Source of the DNA: Opitutales bacterium
GTDB taxonomy: Bacteria; Verrucomicrobiota; Verrucomicrobiia; Opitutales; PNEW01
Assembly (NCBI GenBank): GCA_965197745.1
Contig: CBDANS010000006.1
Span: 512,001-576,000 of the forward strand
Length of the DNA: 64,000 bases
Reading direction: 5' to 3'
Under the pieces are notes generated by a model. It was given only the letters and a program-made list of their open reading frames with translations, had not been told where the DNA came from and did not search any database. Made by a program: the position numbers and the translations under genes. Positions 31,213 to 42,415 of this stretch are shown piece after piece; the stretch's first letter is position 1, and each line of letters opens with the position of its first letter.

Positions 31213-31892
31213 ATGAATAATAATTCTCTTATACAGTTAGATAATATATCCAAAGTTTTTTTTACAGACGAACTGGAAACACATGCCCTCTCGGGCATTG
31301 ATCTAAACATTATCACCGGTGAGTTTGTCTCTATCAATGGTCCCTCGGGTTGTGGAAAGTCTACGTTCTTGTCCATTCTTGGACTACTAGATTCACCCAC
31401 TGAGGGTAATTATACCCTGTCTGACAAAGCAGTTGCTAACCTCACCGAGGATGAACGAGCCCGTATTCGAAATCGCGAAATCGGTTTTATATTTCAAAGT
31501 TTTAATCTTATTGGAGACCTCAGTGTATACGAAAATGTGGAACTTCCTCTGACTTACCGCGGGATGAGATCATCTGATCGAAAAGCGTGCGTTAATGAAG
31601 CCCTGGATAAAGTAGACATGTTCCGAGTCAGCTATCCGGTGGCCAACAACAGAGGGTAGCCGTTGCCCGTGCGCTAGCAGGTGAACCAAGAATCCTCCTA
31701 GCCGACGAACCGACCGGAAATCTCGATTCAAGTAATGGTAAAACGGTCATGGAATTGCTTAAAAGATTAAACGATGAAGGTGCTACAATATGCATGGTAA
31801 CACACAACGAAGATTACATCTCTTATGCATCTAAAGTTGTCCATCTTTTTGATGGTAAAATTGTAGACGGAGCTGCTAAACAGACGGTCTAA
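31213..31892 (+). pseudogene. ABC transporter ATPase (LolD/MacB type), frameshifted by a short deletion
   Basis: Walker A GPSGCGKST in frame 1; after DKVDM the signature [17 protein letters not shown] and ADEPTGNLD continue in another frame to TAA at 31890. Confidence 0.9.
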
Positions 31893-31910
31893 CAGGAACC
31901 ACTACCCCAA

Positions 31911-34385
31911 ATGATGCGAAACATCCTTCAGGATATAGTTTTCGGACTACGCATGTTGAAACAGAATATAGGTGTTTCAGTCATAGCTGTGCTTGCGTTA
32001 TCCATTGGCATTGGACTGGTAGTAACCATATTTAGTATCGCTAATGGATTTATCATCAGAGGTCTGCCCTTTGATGAACCCGATCGGCTTTTTCATTTGA
32101 AATGGGCAAATGTAAAAAGTTACGCGCAAAATTTAAGAGATGATTTATTGATAAATACCTATGACCTCAATGATTTCCAGGAACAACAGACCACTTTTGA
32201 AGGGCTTAGTGGATCCGATAATTCTACGATAAATATAAAAGGCGATGATTACGCACGGCGCTATAATGGTTGTTCAATCTCTACTAATTTTCTTGATCTG
32301 CTTCGAACCAAACCCCTATTAGGGCGAGGGTTTTTTAAGGATGAAAACCTTCCTGGTGCCAATCCAGTAGTGATCATCGGTTATGGAATCTGGCAGAAAG
32401 ACTTTTACGGGGCTGCTGACATTATTGGCCGATCGGTGCTTTTAAACAGTGTCGCACACACCATCGTTGGTGTGATGGATAAGGATTTTAAATTTCCTCT
32501 AAGCGCGGCCCTTTGGTTCCCACGTCGCAAAGATTTTACGTCAGATACAAGAAAAAATAGTGGTAAGTTGAGTGTGTTTGGAAGGCTGAAAAACGGCGTC
32601 ACCGTTGACGAAGCATTAACCGAACTAAACGGCATAGCCCACCGCTTGGAACAGGAATATCCCGAGAGCAATAAGGGTTATAATTCTCTCGAGATAAAAC
32701 CTTATATTAAGGAATTTTTTGGTAAAGAGATGAATATATTGTTTATAACTATGCTTGTGGCTGCATTCATGGTGCTGCTCATTGCCTGCTCTAATGTAGC
32801 GAATCTACTTTTTGCCAGATCGATCTTGCGCAGCAAGGAACTCGCCATACGCAGCGCATTAGGAGCACGCAGGAAAAGAATTATTACCCAAATTCTGACC
32901 GAGAGTTTGATAATATCGATAATCGGTGCAATCGGCGGTTTTTTTATCGCCAATAGATCTTTAGAATTTTTGTGGAATTATTTTGTGGTCATTGTCCAGG
33001 GACAAAGTTTTCCCTCCTGGATAAACTTTGAACTGGATGGACTTGTCTTTATTTTTGTCATCGGTCTCACTATTATGACCGGTGTTATATCGGGTCTTGT
33101 GCCCGCGCTGCAGGCATCGAAAACGGATGTAAACCAATTACTGAAGGAAAATACTCACACAACCTCTAATTTGCGTTCGGGTCGATTCAGTAAGTTTTTA
33201 GTCATTGTGCAAATTGCCATGTCCTGTACGCTTCTTATCGGATCGGGACTGATGTTAAAATTGATGTTTAAGCTGAACGCCGTTGATCTACCTTATAATC
33301 CTGAAGCTATTTTACAGGCGCGCACGGCTTTATTCGACACGGACTATCCCAATGATAGTGATAAAATTTCATTTCTAAGAACGTATCTCAATAATCTCAG
33401 GGCTGTTCCAGGAATTGAGGCTGTTGCATTGACCACTTCACATAGTGAACCGATGGCATTCCCCAGGCGTATTATAATTGATGGGGTGAGCTATGCGTCA
33501 GAGGATGACTATCCACATGCTCAATTTGCGGGAATTTCTGATGGCTATTTTAATGTCTTTGGAGGTTCTATTTTAGAGGGACGCGCATTTAATCATACGG
33601 ACATTGCCGATTCTCAGCAGGTAGCGATTGTTAATACTATTTTTGCGGAAAAATATTGGCCGGATCAGAGTCTGATCGGTAAACAGTTTAAGGCAAAAGG
33701 CCCTGGAGAGAAACCCTGGTTAACCGTGGTGGGTGTTGCCCCGGACTTACAAATGGAAGGTTTTAATTCAGTGACTAACGATGGTTCGGGTTTTTATGTC
33801 CCCATGGCTCAGGAGACCACTTTTAACAGAAATATTACATCGCGTCATATGACGGTAGTTTTACGCAGTACGGGAGGAGATCCCATGAGCTTGTTACCCA
33901 CAGTACGTGCCGAACTGCAAAAATTAAATCCAAATCAACCCCTCTACGATATTAGAACCGTTCAAGGTGCGATCGATCTTTTTTCCAGGGGATTTAAATT
34001 CTTCTCCGGGCTTTTTATTACTTTTGGCATCACAGCATTTTTACTCGCGGCCATTGGCGTATATGGAGTCATGTCGTTTTCGGTAAATCAGCGAACCCAG
34101 GAAATGGGAATCCGAAAAGCAATGGGCGCTGAACCTCGCAATATTATCGCTATGATTATTAAGCAGAGCAGTGTTCAAATTGGTATTGGGGTTGTTTTAG
34201 GATTACTCTTTGCACTAGCTTTTTCCCGAGTTTTATTCAGCCTTATTGAAGATATTTCACCCAATGATATTACCGTCTATACAGTTGTAATCGCATTGAT
34301 CACACTCGTAGGACTATTTTCGGCTTGGTTACCGGCACGGGTAGCTGCTCGTGTAAACCCCATTGAAACATTGAGGTATGAATAA
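31911..34385 (+). CDS. ADOP/MacB-family ABC permease
   Basis: LLIACSNVANLL, ELAIRSALGA, QILTESL, QRTQEMGIRKAMGA, PARVAARVNPIETLRYE. Confidence 0.93.
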   Translation: MMRNILQDIVFGLRMLKQNIGVSVIAVLALSIGIGLVVTIFSIANGFIIRGLPFDEPDRLFHLKWANVKSYAQNLRDDLLINTYDLNDFQEQQTTFEGLSGSDNSTINIKGDDYARRYNGCSISTNFLDLLRTKPLLGRGFFKDENLPGANPVVIIGYGIWQKDFYGAADIIGRSVLLNSVAHTIVGVMDKDFKFPLSAALWFPRRKDFTSDTRKNSGKLSVFGRLKNGVTVDEALTELNGIAHRLEQEYPESNKGYNSLEIKPYIKEFFGKEMNILFITMLVAAFMVLLIACSNVANLLFARSILRSKELAIRSALGARRKRIITQILTESLIISIIGAIGGFFIANRSLEFLWNYFVVIVQGQSFPSWINFELDGLVFIFVIGLTIMTGVISGLVPALQASKTDVNQLLKENTHTTSNLRSGRFSKFLVIVQIAMSCTLLIGSGLMLKLMFKLNAVDLPYNPEAILQARTALFDTDYPNDSDKISFLRTYLNNLRAVPGIEAVALTTSHSEPMAFPRRIIIDGVSYASEDDYPHAQFAGISDGYFNVFGGSILEGRAFNHTDIADSQQVAIVNTIFAEKYWPDQSLIGKQFKAKGPGEKPWLTVVGVAPDLQMEGFNSVTNDGSGFYVPMAQETTFNRNITSRHMTVVLRSTGGDPMSLLPTVRAELQKLNPNQPLYDIRTVQGAIDLFSRGFKFFSGLFITFGITAFLLAAIGVYGVMSFSVNQRTQEMGIRKAMGAEPRNIIAMIIKQSSVQIGIGVVLGLLFALAFSRVLFSLIEDISPNDITVYTVVIALITLVGLFSAWLPARVAARVNPIETLRYE

Positions 34386-34619
34386 GCGTGGTTAAGGTAA
34401 ATACTACTACTATTTATTGTTGTTATGGGTCATGTCTATAACAGATGATGCCTTTAGCACATCTTAAGGATTTTACGATATAGCTTTTGGTGACGATGGT
34501 TAAAAGGATATTCAGGTTCTATGAGGTGCAGTTGGAAGGTCCTACGGGAAAGACCTTTGAATTTAGACAATCAGAGTTTTGGCAAAAGCTCAAAATGATT
34601 CAATCACGTTAATATGGGA

Positions 34620-35210
34620 GTGTTCTTAAACGAACTCGTTGCCGTTGTGAGTGACACGGTTATACTGATCGATCACGGTATGAATACGGAAGGAAGCAGT
34701 TGTTGTTAACTGATCGATCCTAAAGTCCACAGACCTAGCGCTCCTGGGCAGCTGAAGCCACGGGAAGTATACTCGCGCTTGCCCACTGCTTCTGGCCGAT
34801 ACGTCCATCGGTGGGCATAAAGTCGCTGCAGGAATTGGTCTTGCCTAAACCATTACCGTCGATAATGGTCCCGAGTTTGCCGGCAAAGTAATGGATGAAT
34901 TGGCTTATGGCCATGGCATCGAGCTGGATTTATCCGGCCAGGCAAACCCGTAGAAAATGGCTATATTGAGGGCTTCAATGGACGCTTACGCGATGAACTT
35001 CTTAACACCGAGATATCTTGTACGCTGGGTGAAGCGAAAGAAAAACTTGAAGCTAGGCGGCTTGATGATAATACTCAAAGACCACACAGTTCTCTGGGCT
35101 ATCGGCCTCCGGCGCGAATACGCCCAGAGAGACATGTCTAAGCAAATCAAAACCCTTACCACCCTGCCGGAACTAACACTGGCTCTGGTATAGTAAACGG
35201 GTGCACGTCA
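34620..35210 (+). mobile_element. Degenerate IS3 lineage C remnant (3' half with IRR)
   Basis: [12 protein letters not shown] and [15 protein letters not shown] fragments; ends CGGGTGCACGTCA. Confidence 0.85.
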
Positions 35211-36033
35211 TTGTGTCACAGGAATATTGGAATAATTACGCTCCAACTGAAGCGCTTCGGAATTGTGAGAATCCAGAAGACTACATTTACTATCTTTTAG
35301 TTTCTCAAACTCTCACGTCATTTCTGTCTAGTGTCGACTCTGTCCTTGACGTCGGTGGAGGTCCAGGCAGGTTCAGCCTGGATATCGCACCACATGTTAA
35401 AACAGTAGAACACATTGACTTTTCTCAGAAGATGCTCGACTTAGCGGTCAAAAAAGCCCGTAAGCTAGTAATTAAAAATATCAACTTCAAAAAAGTAGAT
35501 GCAAAAGACTTATCTCAATATTCCGACCAACAGTTTGATAAAGTTATTTCTATAAATACTCCAATTTCCTTCTCAGGACATGATTGGAAATTAGCTCTAA
35601 CTGAAATGTGCAGGGTTGCATCAAAAGCTGTTTTATTTACAGTATCAAATTTCATTTCAGCCTTCCCACGGTTGCTTGAAGTTTCACTAGAAAAGGACAT
35701 TGGATGGGACACCCTAGCAACTGAGTTATTTAACAATCATTTATTTGACAGAGAAAGAGGAAAGACTGTAGGTATCGATTTTCCATCGGTTCAATCGTTT
35801 CTCCCTGGAGAGATAGAACGAGAATTTTGGGATCTTGGTTTTCAGGTAAGGGATGTCCGAGGGTTAGCCATTCTATGTCGAATGATGAATCCTGAGCATT
35901 TAAAGACCATTATTAGTGATAAAAAACGGCTATCTTCTTTTCTCGAATATGAATCTATTCTCGCGACAGCGTATGGAAAGTGGGCACCATCACGTGAAAT
36001 TATGTTTATTGCTGAAAGAAAAGTTATAGGAAG
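35211..36033 (+). CDS. Class I SAM-dependent methyltransferase bounded by IS3 ends on both sides
   Basis: VLDVGGGPGRFS, IDFSQKML, VDAKDL; the ORF-track start and stop both lie inside IS DNA. Confidence 0.8.
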
Positions 36034-37305
36034 TGACCTGCACCCGATTACTGTACCAGAGCCAGTGTTAGTTCCGGCAGGGTGGTATGGGTTTTAATTT
36101 TCTTAGACATGGCTCTCTGGGCGTATTCGGCCGGAGGCCGATAGCCCAGAGAACTGTGTGGTCTTTGAGTATTATAATCAAGCCGCCAGGCTTCAAGTTT
36201 TTCTTTCGCTTCAGCGAGCGTACAAAATAGCTCGGTGTTAAGAAGTTCATCTCGTAAGCGTCCATTGAAGCTCTCAATATAACCATTCTCTACGGGTTTG
36301 CCTGGCCGGATAAAATCCAGCTTGATGCCATGGCCATAAGCCCATTCATCCAGTACTTTGCCGGCAAACTCGGGACCATTATCGACGGTAATGGTTTGGG
36401 GAAGACCGATTCCTTCAGCGGCTTTCGTCAGTGCTGCAGCGACTTTGCGCCCACCGATGGATGTATCGGCTAGAAGCAGTGGGCAAGCTCGGGTGTATTG
36501 ATCGACAACGGTGAGTATGCGGAAGGGGCGGCCGTTGGTCAGCCGATCGCTCATAAAGTCCATCGACCAGCGCTTCTGGGCAGCTGAAGCCGCAGGTAGT
36601 GAGACCCGCCTTTGCGCGGCACGCTTCTTTCGTTTCTTCGTGCGCACTTCCAGCCCTTCGGCCTTGTAGATACGATAAACGCGTTTCTTTCCTACCGTCC
36701 AGCCTTCCCGCTTTAATAACACCGTGATTCGCCGATACCCGTAGCGCACGCGCGCGGCGGCGAGGTCACGGATGCGCACGATCAGCGCACGTTCGTCCTT
36801 CTTCACAGGTTGGTAGTTATAACTCGACCAACACAACTGCATCAGCCTGCACGCCCGGCGTTTGCTCACCTCATAAGCTTCCACTAACCACTCAGCAATC
36901 ACCTTCTTGCGCACAGGCTTTACAACTTTTTTGAGATAACTTCCTGCAGCATATGCTTGTCCAGGCTTAGATCAGCCACCAGCTTCTTCAAACTAGTGTT
37001 CTCTTCGTCGAGTTGCTTCAGTCGTCTTAATTCGCTGATTCCCATGCCCGCGTATTTACCCTTCCAACCGTGGTAGGTCTGTTCGCTCACGCCTAACTCT
37101 CGACACACTTCGGCGATCCTTCGACCGCCTTCTACCTGCCTTAGGGCATAGATGATTTGTTCTTTATTATATCGTTTGTCAGGCCTTCTCGGCTGCGCCT
37201 CGTGAACCTTTGCTTTTCATGGATGGTTCTTTCTCTTATTTTTATTAGGTTTTCCACCCACGCCAGACTAAATCTTTCCTGGTCCAGTTTTACGGGGACA
37301 GGTCA
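36034..37305 (-). mobile_element. IS3 lineage C (IS407-like), full length with 3-bp AAG duplication; orfA interrupted
   Basis: TIRs TGACCTGCACCCG / CGGGGACAGGTCA; orfA 37220-36920; A6G slippery site. Confidence 0.93.
36048..36914 (-). CDS. IS3 transposase OrfB, intact DDE domain
   Basis: [27 protein letters not shown]. Confidence 0.92.
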   Translation of the reverse strand: MRKKVIAEWLVEAYEVSKRRACRLMQLCWSSYNYQPVKKDERALIVRIRDLAAARVRYGYRRITVLLKREGWTVGKKRVYRIYKAEGLEVRTKKRKKRAAQRRVSLPAASAAQKRWSMDFMSDRLTNGRPFRILTVVDQYTRACPLLLADTSIGGRKVAAALTKAAEGIGLPQTITVDNGPEFAGKVLDEWAYGHGIKLDFIRPGKPVENGYIESFNGRLRDELLNTELFCTLAEAKEKLEAWRLDYNTQRPHSSLGYRPPAEYAQRAMSKKIKTHTTLPELTLALVQ

Positions 37306-37477
37306 AAGGGTGTTAATGGTTTTAGCTGCACTTGGGACAATCGTCTTCAGTCTCTCCCATAAATACACTGACAGCTATTACGCTGCGGCGGTTTTATGTA
37401 TGAGCTTTTCCCTCATCCTGTTTTTATTCTCATTGAAGATAAATAATCCCCAGGAAAAATTTGCACCTTCTCCATAA
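37306..37477 (+). pseudogene. Two-TM tail resembling an MFS transporter C-terminus
   Basis: VLAALGTIVFSLSHKYTDSYYAAAVLC resembles MFS helices 11-12. Confidence 0.5.
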
Positions 37478-37507
37478 CTATTTTACCATTAAGTCTCTTT
37501 ATCAGCC

Positions 37508-38470
37508 ATGAAAGTTCTTTTTCTTCGCAACGCAGACAGGTTACATTTTTCTTATCGTTATCTGGTTGAATTTATTGACGGTCGTTATCCCATTGTAATT
37601 TACGATCCAAACAAACCGGCTGCTGATCAGTTTAAGGAGATTGAGGTAGTCATCGATACGGGAGGGGCCATAGGAACCCATGAGATGATGGACGCGGCTA
37701 AAGCAGCTGAAGTTAAACTATGGCAGGTTACGACCAACGGTCTCGACCATGTCGACACGGAATATATCTTGGGTAAAGGTCTGCTCCTCACCCACTCTCC
37801 GGGGCCCCTAACCGCTGTCCCTCTTGCAGAGCATGCGCTTCTTATGATTCTCTATTTCGCAAAAAACCTCAATCACAATCGCACCAAAGACTGGCATCGG
37901 GTGATGAACGATGAGCTCGAAGGAAAGACTTTGGGATTGGTCGGCTTCGGAGCAAGCGCGAAAGAATTGGCAAGACGGGCCCGGGCCCTGGGATTACGGA
38001 TCATAGCCATTGATAATAGAGATATTCCGCAGCATGAACTCGACGAATTTCATCTCGCCTTTCTTGGATACCCCGAAGATCTTGAAAAAATTCTGGTCGA
38101 GTCTGATTTCCTTTCTGTGCACGTTCCTTTAACCAAGCAAACGCGACACCTGATTGACCAGCACGCTTTCAGCGTAATGAAGGAAAAGGCGGTCCTGATC
38201 AATGTTGCGCGAGGAGAAATCGTTGACAATGATGCACTGATTGAGGCCCTGACAAGCGGTCGCATTAAAGGTGCGGGTATCGACGCATACGCCGAGGAAC
38301 CTTTGGCCCCGGAACATCCCCTTTTAAAGTTAGATAACGTTTTAACTACGCCGCATGTCGCTGGATTCACACAGGGGACGTGGCATCGACGCGCTAAAGC
38401 CGTCGCGGAGAATATTGATCGCTTAGCGAAAGGTTTATCTCCACGCAATCTAGTAAATCCACTGAGGTGA
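37508..38470 (+). CDS. D-isomer specific 2-hydroxyacid dehydrogenase
   Basis: GLVGFGAS, SVHVPLT, INVARG, DAYAEEP, TPHVAG. Confidence 0.92.
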   Translation: MKVLFLRNADRLHFSYRYLVEFIDGRYPIVIYDPNKPAADQFKEIEVVIDTGGAIGTHEMMDAAKAAEVKLWQVTTNGLDHVDTEYILGKGLLLTHSPGPLTAVPLAEHALLMILYFAKNLNHNRTKDWHRVMNDELEGKTLGLVGFGASAKELARRARALGLRIIAIDNRDIPQHELDEFHLAFLGYPEDLEKILVESDFLSVHVPLTKQTRHLIDQHAFSVMKEKAVLINVARGEIVDNDALIEALTSGRIKGAGIDAYAEEPLAPEHPLLKLDNVLTTPHVAGFTQGTWHRRAKAVAENIDRLAKGLSPRNLVNPLR

Positions 38471-38712
38471 CCCCCCCATGATTATAATTCAGTGAACACC
38501 CTGGTCGGCAGTTTCTGACTCTTGGGACTTGCGATGGGCTTCCAGAATTTTCTGCGTATCAGTCTTGGCCGGTGTGGCTTTAAATTAAAATTCGTTGCAA
38601 TATTATTGGGAGTTATTAGCCTTATGGTTTTGATATGGGGAATATCAATTAATAGACTTTCCCTTTATAAATTGCGAAATATGGTATAATTAACAGTCAA
38701 TTAAAGTAAAAA

Positions 38713-39630
38713 ATGCTTACCGCGCATCAACTCACGCACTTCAATACTTTCGGTTTCCTTCCCCTGCGAGGATTATTCAGCCCGGGTGAAATTGAAACCT
38801 TCAAGGAGGAATTCAAGTCTAAGCTGGAAACCACCCGGCGCTACACAGAACCTGAAGACACGCCTCCCCAGGTTATAAGCTGGACCAACCTGGGTGCGCA
38901 GACGCCCCTTCTCGCCACCTTGATCGAAGACCCGCGCATTGTAAGCATCGCAGAACAGATAATGGGGGAAGACTGCGTTGGAATATCCTGCAACTCGATC
39001 AGCTACGTCAATGATACTGCCTGGCATGCCGATGATTATAATTTTCATATGCACGATCTAAAATTCCTCTTCTACCTCCAACCGGTTGATGGGGATAGCG
39101 GCGCTTTGAGGGTGATTCCCGGATCCCATAAGAAAGCTTTTCATAAAGAAATAGCAAAGTATGACGGTCTCACGGGTTATGATGATGCAGAGAACCGCCT
39201 TGGAACAGAACGTATTAAAGAAGGACCAGCCTATATTTGCGACGTAGAACCGGGTGATGGATTTATCTTTGATTCCCATGTATGGCATGCCAGTTGTGGC
39301 GGATCGACGGATCGGCGCACGTTTTCCATCGTTTATTCTGGAAATCCAAAGAACGCAGAAGAAGGAAGGGCTCTAACGGAATATTTGCATATCACTAATG
39401 AAATCAGGACATCGATAGCCGAAAAAACTTTTGATTCTCCGTCTCCGGAATACCCGCTTGAATGGCTGGATAATCCTGAGCAGAATCCCAGGCGGCAGCG
39501 GTGGATAGATTGGCTGCATAAGTGGAGATTTACAGAGATCGCCCAGGGCACGCTAATCCCGGACGATTCGACCTTACAAACCGTAAAAGCATTTTCTGAT
39601 CCCTTTCGAGATACCCCGGCTGACGAATAG
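38713..39630 (+). CDS. PhyH family dioxygenase
   Basis: HFNTFGFL, WHAD, ALRVIPGSH, VWHAS. Confidence 0.9.
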   Translation: MLTAHQLTHFNTFGFLPLRGLFSPGEIETFKEEFKSKLETTRRYTEPEDTPPQVISWTNLGAQTPLLATLIEDPRIVSIAEQIMGEDCVGISCNSISYVNDTAWHADDYNFHMHDLKFLFYLQPVDGDSGALRVIPGSHKKAFHKEIAKYDGLTGYDDAENRLGTERIKEGPAYICDVEPGDGFIFDSHVWHASCGGSTDRRTFSIVYSGNPKNAEEGRALTEYLHITNEIRTSIAEKTFDSPSPEYPLEWLDNPEQNPRRQRWIDWLHKWRFTEIAQGTLIPDDSTLQTVKAFSDPFRDTPADE

Positions 39631-39721
39631 AGTCTGGTCGTGACCATTTATACCAACGATCTATAAGCAGATTTTTAAAAATCTCTGGCATTTAATTATA
39701 AAATAGCAGTTACATTTGCTT

Positions 39722-39758
39722 CCAGATTAATGGGAGAAGTAGACTCCCATTAATCTGG
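39722..39758. terminator. Perfect 15-bp stem-loop, possible terminator
   Basis: CCAGATTAATGGGAG-AAGTAGA-CTCCCATTAATCTGG about 90 bp after the PhyH stop; no clear U-tract. Confidence 0.45.
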
Positions 39759-39942
39759 TGTGAAAGGCCAGCTAAGACGATTACATATATCGCTCCAACG
39801 ATCCGACATCACAAAGCCAACCAATTCTTCTTTGGAGTATATTCCCATTGGTACACATTTTGAATTCTTATCTGCGCATTTCAAAGACTTTGAATTTGAC
39901 GCGATCAGATTTGCTTGATCATAGGTAACTGAGAGTGCAATG

Positions 39943-40055
39943 CCGGAGTATTGCTATGATCTGTTCTGTTGTGTATCTTTTTCTTTTCATTGAGGTTATC
40001 CGTTTATCCCGATAACCTCTCTCTGTAAATGATACGATTTTTGGGGGTCACTCCA
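39943..40055 (-). mobile_element. IS3 lineage A left end fragment
   Basis: Reverse complement of IRL plus MKRKRYTTEQIIAIL. Confidence 0.85.
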
Positions 40056-40735
40056 AGGGCTTCAGAATATCGACGAAGAAAACAGAATCAGCAGCATTGC
40101 AAGAGACTCTCGTTGCCGTTTTAGGCAATGATGTTCCAGGCGTTCAAAAACTGCTCGCTGATTATCTTCTGAAAATTGAAGCCCTGCAGATAGTCTTGGG
40201 AAAAACCATCTAAGCGCGGAGCGATAGCGTGGCGTTGTTGAATTAGCTCAGCAGGCATTGTCGTGTTCGTAGTGGGCTCTATACCGCTGGCGGAGATTCA
40301 GCAGCTTGACCCTGCCCACCGCTTCAAACCTGTAACCGATAAGAAGCCGTTGCTGGTGACTGCAATCGTTTGCCTGTCACGGAAACACTTAACCATTGGC
40401 TACAAAAATTCAATCAAATGCTGGGTGAAATAGTCTCCTAGGTAAACAAGAAACAGGACTGCACATACGCCGCTAAGAGGGACTGCCAGTATCGCTGTAA
40501 AAACTTCGAAAGCAACTACAGCGACCTGTCCACGGGTATGCCTCAAGAGGCCAAACACAGGAATCACGTGTAGGCGTGGGATTTCGTTTAGGACTACACC
40601 CAAAGTGGCGGCAAACTGCGTGTTTTCAGCATCATCGATGTACCGAGGAGCCGCAGGCGATGACACTCGAGCGAAGCGAAGACATAACCACGTGAATGCC
40701 ATATGCTTCATGCACACAGCGCGATCAAGGCAGCC
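40056..40735 (+). mobile_element. Highly degenerate IS3 (fourth lineage, D)
   Basis: EEENRI.., LLAD..LKIEALQ, NHV.AWDFV.D.T..GGKL.VFSIID remnants. Confidence 0.7.
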
Positions 40736-42070
40736 TGGTCGGGTTAAGCAAACTGGTCCACCGGGAGAGTTAGTCTGGAGAGGTTAATGTCGAAGTTAAG
40801 TGGGTAGAGGAAGACAAGGTTTGAGCGCGTAGACCGAATGGAGACCGAGCCTTCTGTATTGAGGTCTTCAGCAAAGCGCCGTGGGGTGATATTGCCGAGG
40901 CTGCTGATGGGGGGCGGACATGATGGTAAAGTCAGCACCAGTGCTCGATCACAACGCGTGCTTCGGTTAAAGTCCATAACTGTTCACGGTTTAAACACTC
41001 CTCGCGAAAACGGGCATGGAAAGATTCGATGTATCCGTTCTGCCAAGGACTTTCTGGTTCGATATAGAGGGTTCTTATTTTCATCGCAGCCAGCCAGGCT
41101 CGCAATTCCTTTTCAATGAATCGCTTCGCATGTCATCGCTTCGCTCCTCGGAACGCAACCGTTGTCGCTGCGAATATATTGTGGCGGTCCATGCCTCTCG
41201 ATCATTTTTTGCATGATACCGCGAACGGTTTCCGCGTTGATATGGCGATCGACATGGATGACCGGACATTCGCGGGTCTACTCGTCGAGGATGGTCAGCA
41301 TTTTGAGACTCCCACCGCGGACCGTTTTATCGTGGATAAAATCCCAGGTCCAAACATGGCCGGGATGTTCGGCTTTTGTCTGCAGGCCGGTGCAGACACC
41401 CCTGCGTCGGCGTCTTGGCTTGCGTTGGGGGATCGCCAAGCCCAGTTCACGTCGCAGACCTTGCACGAGACGTTTACCCACATGCCAGCCTTCGTCCTTC
41501 AACAGCTTCGTGATCTTGGGATAGCCCCACCTGGCGTATTGCCGTGATAACCGCCTTACTGCCGCCTTCAGTTTCGTTAGCCAGGCATCCGGATGCTTGG
41601 CCTTATACGCATAGGTGGAACGGTGCAGGTGAAAGTATCGGCACGCTGCACGCATCGAACACTGGCCCCGAGCCACAAGTCTCTCTGCCACTTGCCGCTT
41701 GTGCCCAGGGCTTACTACCGAGCGTAAGCGACATCTACCATTTTTTTTCGAGGGTCTCCTGCAGGATCTCTATCCCCAGCATCTTATCTGCCAGCATTCT
41801 TTTTAGCCGCACGTTCTCCTTCAAAGAGCTCTTTCATCCGCTTGGCCTGGTTGACATCAATCATTCCAAACTCACGCTTCCAGCGGGGGAAGGTCTGTTC
41901 GCTGACGTTGTTCTCCCGGCACACTTCCTGGATCGATTTACCCCTGTCTGCTTGCCGCAATATCCGTATCTTCTCTTCGGTGGTGTATTTTTTTGCCTTT
42001 CATTGTCTGAGTCCTTTCTAGGTTACCCAGACTAACTTTTCAAGTGTACCAGTTTTCGTGGTCACGACCA
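40736..42070 (-). mobile_element. IS3 lineage B, full length but degenerate
   Basis: Both TIRs present; many indels versus 57271-58587. Confidence 0.9.
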
Positions 42071-42339
42071 CCAGTGATGAAAATATACTCCAATGATATC
42101 CAGCTACAGATAATGATTTCATGGTAAATCACATTGATTATAATTACTAAGCTTCGAACTAAGCCGATAGACTTAATCAGAAGTAAGTAGTAATTTGTTG
42201 GTATTTTAAAAAATAGTCAAAATGATTGGACTGCTATGAGTCACAAGTCCCACCAGAACTTACCATCGTTTCGAGTTATTAGCACATATCGGTGTTGGCC
42301 ATTGAATGGTATACCACCCCGTCGGATCTAAAACTGACT

Positions 42340-42415
42340 TTGGTACAGTAAACGGGAGCAGGTCACACTCGGAATCTCTCTCACTTAAACTGGTACGAAT
42401 AACGGGGTCCGATCA
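42340..42415 (+). mobile_element. Two tandem orphan IS3 right ends (lineage C-like, then lineage A)
   Basis: TGGTACAGTAAACGGGAGCAGGTCA then TGGTACGAATAACGGGGTCCGATCA. Confidence 0.7.
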
